Of a stretch of 64,000 nt of DNA, positions 53,610 through 64,000 are shown one piece after another. Position numbers and translations under genes: made by a program. Source of the stretch: Vitrella brassicaformis CCMP3155 (taxonomy: Eukaryota; Protista; Chromerida); assembly GCA_001179505.1 (NCBI GenBank), contig CDMY01000429.1, forward strand, positions 13,889 through 77,888. Direction: 5' to 3'. Each line of letters opens with the position of its first letter. Position 1 is the stretch's first letter. The notes under the pieces are model-generated. The model was not told the DNA's origin. It saw only the letters and a program-made list of their open reading frames with translations, and did no database searches.

Positions 53610-56600
53610 TTGATGGTGATGAAGGCGACGAGTCGGACGATTGCCAAATCACCCTCGTCAAAAATGCGCCGCCCACCAAACGACCCAAGAACATCCTCAA
53701 ACAGCAGCAGCAGCAGCAGCAGCAGAGTGCACCGGCCCAGCCTGTCAAGGAGGAAGAAGCAGCTCCCGCAGCAGCAGCAGCAGCGGCAGCAGCGACTGAC
53801 GTGGACATGGACAAGCTGTTCGACTCGGATGACGACATGGCGCTGTTTTTCGATGCGGAGGTGGAGAGGAAGGGCGGGGTGAAGAAAGAAGAGAGGCGGG
53901 ATGGCAATGGTGAGGGTGACGAGGAGGACAACGATGATGACTGGCTCGGATTCTTCGACGATGAGTAAGTACGGTGGACAGCATATGACATGCATGGTGG
54001 TTTGTTTGATGGTCTCCACCCACACGTATGTATTGTGCTGTCCAATTGCGTCTAGTGACGTGTTTGAGGACGGCAAGCGGCCTGCTGCCGCTGCCGCTGC
54101 CGCTGCTGCGGGTAGGCGTAGCCGTGCTGATGGTGGCGGGGGGCGGGGCGGGATGGGTGGCGGCTCCATCGAAGAGGATGACGATGACGACCTGACGGAC
54201 AAGTAAGCCACACGGACACCTGCACAGGTGGGGGAGAGGAGGGACGGGGCACAGGTCGGCGTGGTGCGTTTGCATATCTTCTGCGCAGCGGCGACGACGA
54301 CGATGCCATCGGACAGCACCGCCAGAACGCAAATGCAAACAAAGGTATGCAGACCGACCATGGTGGCCACACAAAGACGACGCATCCACTGCGTCTCCTT
54401 GCCGTGTGGTGTGTGCCTCTCTCCTGTGTGCAGGAGGAGGTGACCCGCTAGGCATCTGCCCAAGGACTGGCGAGAGGCGAAGAACCGACCACTGTGCCCA
54501 TACGACCTCGAGCAGCAACAACACCAAGATGACAACATGCAATACGACCATGGATCGGTAAGCCATAAACACATTCCCTCCAATTCGTGGGCGGCTGTTG
54601 TAATGAAAGGGATGTGTGGTGCGTGTGTGTCAGGATGGTGCTGGGGGTGGAGGTGCTGGTGGGGGCGAGGAGGTCATGAAGGCCGTGCGTCGATCGTCGC
54701 TGTTCAACTTCGGTCACGAGCATCCTGCCGTCCTGGCGGAGGTGAGGCCTGTAACGCCCATGCATTCACTGCATATATCTGGACTCTGTGTGTGTGTGGA
54801 TGGGTGTGTGTACCCATGTCAGTCGGCCACTTTGCATGCGGTCAAGTTGCCTCCGCTCCGCCAGACTGACATCGTATGCATGCCCAAGTAATTAATCGCT
54901 CGTGACGTGCACAGGTGTCTACACATCATTCCTCCCGTCCTTTCTGCCTGCCTTGCTGCCTGTCTGTCCTGCAGATGGGTAGTGGATCATGGCCTGTTGT
55001 CGAGCGTTCAGATGGAGTCGATAATACAAGCGTGCCGACGCTCAAGCAAGGTACACACACACACACACTCCCCACCCCCAACACGCCCACACACGAATGC
55101 ACGCCATATTATCTGTGCTTGTTGTTGTGGTTTTGTCAGTTGTTGGACTCAGGGCACCGGGGTGGTTTCTGCCTCGGCGACGGAACCGGCAGCGGCAAGG
55201 TCAGAACCACACCACACACCAGCACGCGCATCTGCCGGTGGCCGTCCGTATTCAAGTCATTCATTGATGAGTGGTGCACTGGTGCGTTGGTTGCTTGGTT
55301 GGGTGCAGGGGCGGACCATGGCGGCGTTCATTGGGCACGTGCACAACCACAAGGGGTTGACCAGGAACCAGCGGCACATCTGGTTCAGTGTCTCGCCCGA
55401 CCTCGAAATGGACTCAAAGAGAGACATAGGCACATACGGACACAGACCACACGATTCATGCTGCACGGACATGGACACCCACTAGTATACGCCTTTGTGT
55501 GGTGTGTTGTGTTGTGTTGTGTGGTGTTGTGTTGTTCAGATGATCTGCGTCTGGGTATACCTCTGGCCAACATCAGGGGCATGCCAGTGTTCGACTCCTT
55601 CATGAGCAACCGCAAGAACAAAGAGAAACTCGTGGACAAACTGGGACCCTCATGTATCCACTATGCCACACACACACACACACAGACACATCCATCCATC
55701 CACAGAGACATACACATATATGGGTGTTGTGTTGGATGCCTGTGCGCCCCCTCGATGCCCTCAGGCAACGGCATTCTCTTCTGCAGCTACATGTATTTCA
55801 TTCGGCATAACACCGGCAGCAAGGCGGAGAACCTGTCAGCCCGGCTCAAGAAGGGCGACCACGACATACTCAATGATCCCAAGTACCCACCCCCCCACAC
55901 CCCCACCCCCATCCACGATTCTCTCTGTTTGGTGTGTGGTGTGTGTAGATTGTGCCGGTTCGCGGCCACTGTCGAGTGGCTGGGCGGCAAGGACGCTCAG
56001 GGCACCATCGTATTCGACGAATCGCACAAGGTCAGTCGGCGAATACACACCAATTCAGACCAATGTCCGCCACGTGTGTATGCAGGCCAAGAATCTGGGG
56101 CCAGAGTTGACGGGCAAGGGTACCGAGTTCGACAGCCAGAACATGACGCCCAAGGGCGCATCCCTCACCGGCGTGCTCGTGGCCAAACTCCAGGCACGTC
56201 ACACACCAATGAGCTTATGGATCGATCCATCCATCCGTTCATCCATCGTGGCGTGTTTGTTGTCACGTGTGAGCAGGAGTTCTGTCCCAAGGCGCACGTC
56301 ATCTACGCATCCGCGACTGCCGCATCAGAGCTGCGCAACCTCGGCTACATGTCTCGTCTGGGCCTTTGGGGTGAGTCAGTGAGTGAGTCAGTAGGTTGGC
56401 GGAGTGCGGCGCCCAGGTGCAATTCAATGGGTGGCTGCCATGCCACGTGTGTGGTTGTTGATGTGTGTGTATGTGTGTGTAGGTCCGGGGACTCCGTTTG
56501 CGCACTTCCCACAGCTGCACAAGCGGATCAACTACAGCGCCGTGTCGGGGATGGAGTGCCTGACCATCAACATCAAGTCGCAGGGACTCGTAAGCACACG

Positions 56601-59600
56601 CACCCACACATATAGGACACACATGACATTTCGACGCATCTATTCCCCCCTTGTGTCTATGTCTCGCTGTGTCTGTGTGTCTGTCTGTGTGTGTGTGTAC
56701 AGTTCTCATCCAGGACCCTCAGCTACCACGGCTGCAAATTCGTCGTTGACAAGGTGCTGCTTGGGTGGATGGATGGATGGATGTGCACCAGGGTGTGTGG
56801 TGGCTTGGTGTGCCTTTCTACAGATCGGCCTCAAGAACGACGCCACCAACCTCTACTCGACGGCAGTGGTGGTGTGGCAGGACGTCTTCGCCCTCTTCAA
56901 CGAGACCAAGGAAGACCCACACGTTCACTGGCACGACGGAAACACACCCGGATGGTAGGTAGAGATTGGCAAGGTGCCGGCGTGGCAGTCACCCCCTCTC
57001 CGTCTTTGTGCCCGTCTACAGTGCCTTTTGCTCCAGCCCGGACTGCAAGTACACAATCCACAACGATGAGCGGATGTAAGTGGGGCAACCCAGACGTCCG
57101 GCCGGCCAGCCAGACACAAATACAGACACAGACAGACGCACGACAGGGCTCTCTCTCTCCGCATGGCTTCATCGAATCCGTCAAACAGGGTGGCGACGAT
57201 GCAGTTCTGGGCCACTGCTCAGCGTTTCTTCCGCATCCTGCTCGTCGCGACGAAAATACCCACAGCAGTGCGCAAGGCTAGGAAGGTAAGGGCAGGGCAG
57301 GGCAGGGGGGGGGAACTTGCCGAGCCGAGGTACATAGGCCACACAGGGTGTCCCTTGTGACACTCCTTCAGGACCTCGCCAATGGCAAGGCCGTCATCTT
57401 CTCAATGTACACGATAGACGGACACCACACACGACACAGCCCGCAACACACACACGACACAGCCCCACAACCCTCTGTGTGTGTGCAGGTGGTCATCAGG
57501 CGAGGCCCGGCAGCGTGAGAAGGCCGACCAGCAAGAGGCCCGTCGTGCGGCGCGTGGCGAGACGCTGGCTGATGATGCGGACAACGATGAGGACCAGGAG
57601 GCCATGAACACCGCTGGCCTCGACCTCATACTCGAGCACCTTCTCGACAAGGTGAGGGCCCTCTGATCTCTGCTGCTTTGTGTGCGTGGCTAGATGAATG
57701 GATGGATGGATGGATGGGTGCAGTGGGTGAAGACCAAGGACGTGCGCGGCTACGAGGTGGGCGTGGTGGGCCAGACCTACGACGATCGCAAACAGGCCAT
57801 CAGTAGGGGGAGGGAGGGAGGACAGGGCGGGAGGCAAGCAACATACACACACGTGCATACGCATGTGTCTCTGCCTGTCTGTGCCATCCATCGTCCTGCA
57901 GAGGAGCGCCTTGCCAACATCGACATGCCGTAAGCCACCGACCGACACACGCACACCCACACACCCTACTCCACTGCTCAATTGTTCGTTGGTGCAGCCC
58001 CAACCCTCTGGACGCCATTCTTCAGGAGTTTGGCGGGCCAGACAGGGTGGCTGAGCTGACAGGTCAGTGAGTGAGAGGACGGATACACTCATCCTCCAGC
58101 CAGTCACGTGTGGGATGTCCTCTGTTCATCTGCAGGTCGTTCGAAGCGTCACGAGGTCAACCCGAGCACCGGTCGTCGTGAGTATGTCGACAGGGGCAAG
58201 TACAGCCGCGGCCGGCCGAGCAGGCAGGGCGAGTCCATCAACAACAGGTCGGTTGACCGGGCAACACAGAGATGGATGGATGGATGGATGTGGTTGTGTC
58301 AGGGAGCGGCAGTTGTTCCAGGACGGCGAGAAGCGCATCGCGGTCATCACAGAGGCGGCGAGTGCGGGGATCTCACTGCACGCCGACAGACGAGCCGGCA
58401 ACAGACGGCCTCGAGTCATGGTACGCAGCCACGCAATGAAATGGCCTCCATATAGACAGTGCACACATCTCTGTTTGTCTGTTTGTTGGTCAGTACACCT
58501 TGGAGCTTCCCTGGTCCGCCGACAAGGTCAGAAGGAGCACTTTAACCCAACCCACCCCCCTCCCTCTCTCTCTTTCTCTGTGTGTGTCTCCGGGGGTGCT
58601 CTGTCTGTCTGTCTGTCTGTATGTCTGTCTTTCTGTTGTCATCCATATATATCAGGCGGTGCAGCAGTTCGGCCGATGCCACCGATCCAACCAGCTGCAC
58701 AACCCCCAGTTCCACCTGGTGGTGACGGAGATGGGCGGCGAGATCAGGTTCACATCTACCATCGCACGCCGCATGAAGATGCTCGGTCAGCGACCAAGCC
58801 AGCCATCGCGGCTTACATCAATGCATCCGTTGTCGATGTGCCTGTCTCTCTCTCTCTCTCTGTGTGTGTGTGTGCGTAGGTGCGCTGACTCGTGGCGACC
58901 GTCGCTGCACCATGAGCGAGGCTGAAGACGCGACCCTTGCTGAATTTGACATGCAGGTAGGCATGGATCCTTGACGCACCATACCATACACACACGCCAG
59001 CTTATCCCCTATGTGTGTGTGTGCAGACGAGGAATGGTCGTGAGGCTCTGAAGGCGCTGCTCAACGACATATCCAAGGCAGCCAAAGACGTATGCAATGC
59101 AACGCAACGCGCACGCACAAACACACTGTAACGCACATATGTCTCCATGGATGTGTGTGGTTCCATTGCCCTCTCCGCTATGTATGTGTATGTATTGCAG
59201 CCGACCTACGCCGAGGGCATGGACGAGTACCTGGTCAGCCAACACACCATCGACAAACGAGGAGCCATCCATCCATCCATCCATCCATTTGTCCGTCCGT
59301 CCATCCGCGTGTCTCTGCCCTCCTCCCCTGCGTGTATGCGATCATCAGATGCGCGACAACCAGGACGAGTCTGACGCATCCAGCTCCGAGGACGACAAAC
59401 CTCACCCACACCCACAGAAGCAGACACAGAGGCGGGGCGGCCCATCCTCATCCTCAGCAGCAGCAGCAGCAGCAGGTGGTGCCGCATCTGGTGGGATTGT
59501 GGACGTGGACGGCGATGAGCAGATGCCCGAAGGGGGGATGGTGATGGTGACAATGGTGGGGGTGGTGGGGGCCAGGGCGCGCCTACCCTGCCCTCGTGTG

Positions 59601-62600
59601 AAGGATTGGAGGAGGAGGACGACAGCGATGACGATGACACGCCAGAATACGCCTTCCAGAAGTGAGTGAATCTGTGGGTGCGGTGCGTTGGCGTGTGCCG
59701 GGTGGGGTGGGTTGACGACGTGTTGTGTGTTGGGTGTTGCCTGTGATGTGGTGGGTGCGCGCAGGTACTATGATAGTTTTGGTGACTTTGCCGAGCAGGC
59801 CATGGAGGAGATGGGCAAAGTCGATGTCAGTGGACTAGTGGAGCCTGAGGTGGGTGGATAATTGGGTAATGGGTGGGTGGGTGTGATGCACACTCTCCTC
59901 TCCCTCCCTCCCTGCCTCCCTCCCTTGGTTGCTTCCTCGATGTCACTCAGGAGGATCCCAACAGCCGTCGTGTGCTGAAGAAGAAGAAGACGATATCGCT
60001 GCGCAGCTTCATGAATCGCATGCTCATGATGCACCGGCCGTCCAAAATCCCGTCTTTGAGTGGCTGATGTGTACGCAACACAAGACTCAACACACAACAC
60101 ACAACACACGCAGGCAGAGCCGCTCAATGTGCTGCTCGGTTTGATGCACTGCAGACATCTTCGCCGAGAAGGAGCAGTCTGGGTGGGTGACAAGCGCCCG
60201 TACTCGTGTGTCTTCACCCCTTTCCCCCCCCGCCGCACTGCCTCCCTGTGCGTGTGTGGTGGGTGTGTCAGTGACGGTGCCAAGGACAAGGACGCCATCG
60301 CCGACCTCAACTCGTGCTACCGGCAAGCAACCAAATCACACGTCGATCGACTAGACACACACCACAACATACACACACAGATGTACCTCTATGTGTGTGT
60401 CTCTCTCTTCTCCGTATGTATGTGTGTGTGTACGTGTGCAGTGGACTCATCGGCGAGCCGCAGGCCGTAGTCTTCGAGAAACATGAGATCATCGCCAACG
60501 ATCCACACACACACGCAGATACCGTAAGCAGCGAAACAGGGCGGGCGATTTCCATGGAATCTCTCTCCCTCCGTGTCTGTGTCAGTACTACACCCACGTA
60601 CGGGTGGACAGAGGGATATCCTTCGAAGCCGCCAAGGATCTCTACCTCAGTGTGCGCAAGAAGAAGGACGCTGCCGGCCACAAGAGATCGCCGCACAAGC
60701 TCCATCGGCCGGAGGGGTTCTACTGGTGGATTTCTGTGTGCACAGACAGACACATGTCAGGCAGACGATCTCTGGCATTTGTGCGTGAGTGTGTGTGTGT
60801 GTGTCAGGTGGCATTACAAAAAAGACCAGAGGTGCAGGCGCTTTCCCATACTCTTCATTCAGAAGAAGGAGACATACGCAGCGGTGGGTGGGTGGGTGAG
60901 TGGGTGCACTGGATCCGACCCAACCGCATCCATCAAGTACACACGCGCGGCATATCCACCTCTGCCTATAACAGGACAAGAAGTACAAGGTGTACCGCCC
61001 CAACATCGGCGCCAGCGACGTCTTCCTGAACCACATGTCGCTCATCTTCAGATCGCTGCACGCCCTCAACAGTGACGGATCCATCTCGGTGCGCTTGGGG
61101 GAGGGGGGACACACAGTACACGGAATACAGACAAACCACCACCAATACACGACCTTTTGGTGGCTGCAGAAGATCGCCATTCAGAAGAAGCCAGACGAGA
61201 GCGGCAAGCTGGTCGACAACCTGAGCAGCATCGAGACGCAGTAAGTGACCCCTCCTTGCGAGCGCATGTCGTTGGCTGCCTGCGTGTCATGTGGTGTGAT
61301 GTGCTGTGCTGTGCCCTTTCTGTTTGTCAGCTGGACCAGGTGTTTCGAGCGTGCTGATGAAGTGTGCAGCTGCCTGTAGGCAAACATGACGCTAGACACG
61401 CACAGGGATGGATGGATGGATGTGTGTGTGTGTATGTGTGTGGGGTGTGTGTGCAGTCAGTACACCAGCGAGCCTTGGAAGTTGGAGCAGAACGAGGACG
61501 GCATGCACGTCGTCAACGGCAGCGTCTGCACAAAGGGCATGCGCAAGGTGGGTGGGGAGGCGGGTAGGGAGCTGTCTGGCCATATGGACATATCTGTGGG
61601 CACACCATCCATCCATTTGGTCATCTTGGTGCAGATGTCGGTGCATCTGCTGTCCGGCAATATCCTCAACTCGTTCGGCTTCTTGGACAAGGACTTCAAG
61701 GCCCCTCGCACCGTAGGAAGGAACCCTTCTCTCCCACACCCACTCAGCGACTCAGCCTCATTGTGTGCCTGTCGATATCAGGGTGTCGCTGCTGATGCCG
61801 CCGGCGGTGGTGGTGGCGGTGGTGGCGCCAAGGGCAAGGCCAAAGCCAAGGCCAAGCAGGCCAATCGTCAGGATGGTGGTGGAGGTGAGGAGGGTGGGGA
61901 GTCGGGGGGCCGCGATGGAACCAAGACACCCACATTCTTCAAGACCAAATTCGGAGGTAGGTGCATGGGTGGACACACAGACAGCCGTTCGTGTCCATCT
62001 CATTCATCTCGGCATGTGTATTATAATGGGCAGGCGAGCAGCTGGTGATTGCGCGGGCGACGGAGACCGAAACAGGTGATAGCCCACCCAACGCAGCCGT
62101 CCATCCATCCATCCATCCATGTGTGTGCATGTGTGTCTGTGTGTCTGTCAGGGATCCGTGTGGTTGGCATCGAGTTGGAGCCCGAGTTGGTGGAGGACAC
62201 CAAGCTGATGGTCAGGATCATCCAGTCAAACAGCATATTCGACCACACAGCAAACACCCAAGACGGAGACATAAACAGTACGCTGCTGCACTGCATGCAC
62301 ATAACATATCACACGAGCCCATCTCCCGGCAACTCATCTTTCCAACCTTGCGCTTTGCCGCTTTAGGTGAGGACAAGAAGGTGGCTCTCGCGACGCAGCT
62401 GGTGCAGATGCAGGGGCAGCTGCACACAATCACCTCATCTGTCGAAGTGAGTACGCTGCACACCGTGCACCTCACAATGAATGTCCTTCCATTCCATCCA
62501 CCGCCTGCCTGTCTGTCTGTCTGTCTGTCTGTCTGTGCAGCTCCTCAGCTCCCTGATCGACCGGGGCGTCCTGCAGCCCACCAAGGTGTCTCTCCTCGCG

Positions 62601-63348
62601 CCCAGAGCGTCATCGCGACCCTCGAGGAGGCACAGATCATCAGCATCTCGGCCAAGGATGGCCTCACGATCCACCAAGGGTACCATCTCGACGGCATCTT
62701 CCACGGCGGCACTGCACCCGATGAGCAACACGTAGACGGTGGGTCGGTCGGCCGGGGGATGCCATCGATGGGGCCCTCCTGTGCGGGCGGATGGATGGAT
62801 GGATTTTTGTCTGTCCGACTGCAGATCATTTCGCGAAGAGGGGCTTCAAGGACATGCGTGCAGCGCCGCCCCCCGCCCGGCAGCCGCCCCCGAATCTCAG
62901 GGACGCAGGTGACAGAGTGAGATGAATGAATGAAAAGTCGGTGGCTTGACTGACATGTCCCCCGCCTGCCTTCTTTTTGTTTGTAGTTGTGCGTCTGGGC
63001 ATTGCGCTGTTGAACCACCTCAAGCGGCAGCCACGATTCAAAGACCCCCAAATGACGTCAAAAGAAGAAGTACACACACAGACACACACACACACACCCA
63101 GACAGAGAGAGGGAGAGAGAGAGAGGAGGCAGCATATGCTGCTCTTCCTGTGCGCATTTCTGCAGGTGGCTAAGCGGTTGGCGGCTCCGCCCGACATGAG
63201 CGACGACGTGCGCCAGCGTGCAGTGTCCTTCGTGCTGCAGGGGATGCGGGATGACGGCCTCATCCGCGGGCCGAGCGCCAAGGAGGGCATCCAGCTGCTC
63301 GACCCCAGTGAGGACGAACAGAAGGTCCGCACTCTCTGGGGAGGCTGA
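53610..63348 (+). CDS. SBNO: Strawberry notch / FORGETTER1-family SF2 helicase-like protein; true start uncertain (possibly 53506)
   Basis: [165 protein letters not shown]. Confidence 0.95.
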
Positions 63349-64000
63349 CGTGTGAAGGCTGAACGTCACGTGTGTGTGACGCTGTGGTGGGTGATTGAGT
63401 GGATGATGGCTGTCATTGGTGAAGGAATGGATGTGGTCTTGGACAGGTCACGGCCTGAATGGCCGACTGCTTGAGCGACGAAAGGCCAGAAACGCTCACC
63501 TGTCACACAAATCCATGCGCAGACACATACGCACGTACACATGCACACATCCATCTACGCCGTGCAACCACTCTCCCTGTGCTCCTTCCTGACCGCATTG
63601 CGTTTCGACGCCTTGGGCTTTTGCTTGGCGAGTGCCTCGAGGCCTCCACCGGCAGGCACCTTTCATACTGTACTGCTGTCTGTCAGTTGGGGATCATGCA
63701 TCTATCTGATGCTTGTCGTCCAGGCCAAAGCCTGCACGCAAGTGCTGCGGCTGCTTTGTCATTAACTGCAGCTGCGGCCGGGCCTCCAAAGCTCGCAAAG
63801 GCGGCCCCAGGACACCTTTCTTTTTCGCTCTCTTCAAGTTCTCTTTTCGTTTGGCACACACGCCTGAACCGACGTTTTTTTTTTTTTGAGGAGAGATAAT
63901 TGACAGATGGCATCCATGCACTCGCTTGTCCAAATCGCCTCCATGAATCTATCCACATATGCCTATGCACAAAGGGCACGCTCACTCATCCGATGAGAAC

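Overview
Eukaryotic, intron-dense genomic scaffold with four 300-N placeholder gaps. Most introns are short and filled with (TG)n/(GACA)n/(GGAT)n microsatellites. That style, together with bipartite plastid-targeting leaders, suggests a chromerid alveolate such as Vitrella brassicaformis (inference, not checked). I assembled about 20 spliced genes by hand by matching splice phases: a tandemly repeated small myristoylated/palmitoylated protein, a signal-peptide ankyrin protein, an F-box + RING-CH multi-TM protein, a PTS2-bearing ACX4-like acyl-CoA oxidase, a SET/LSMT methyltransferase, a CS-domain protein, a Cys-rich secreted peptide, a SNAPC5-like coiled-coil protein, an FAD monooxygenase, two kinase-ankyrin genes, a PTS1 ACOX1, a two-RRM SR/RD protein, plastid HU, a phospholipase D and a strawberry-notch helicase. 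Three signals stand out. (1) A portable one-exon-per-repeat ankyrin cassette is present three times, fused to either a signal peptide or a kinase. Between near-identical copies its amino-acid changes cluster at the binding-surface positions, which is compatible with a diversifying recognition system. (2) A 73-nt intron in the PLD gene consists of 19-bp terminal inverted repeats flanked by an AGGT duplication (introner-like). (3) The same PLD gene has a single A AAA AAG frameshift site. All gene models are manual and lack transcript support.
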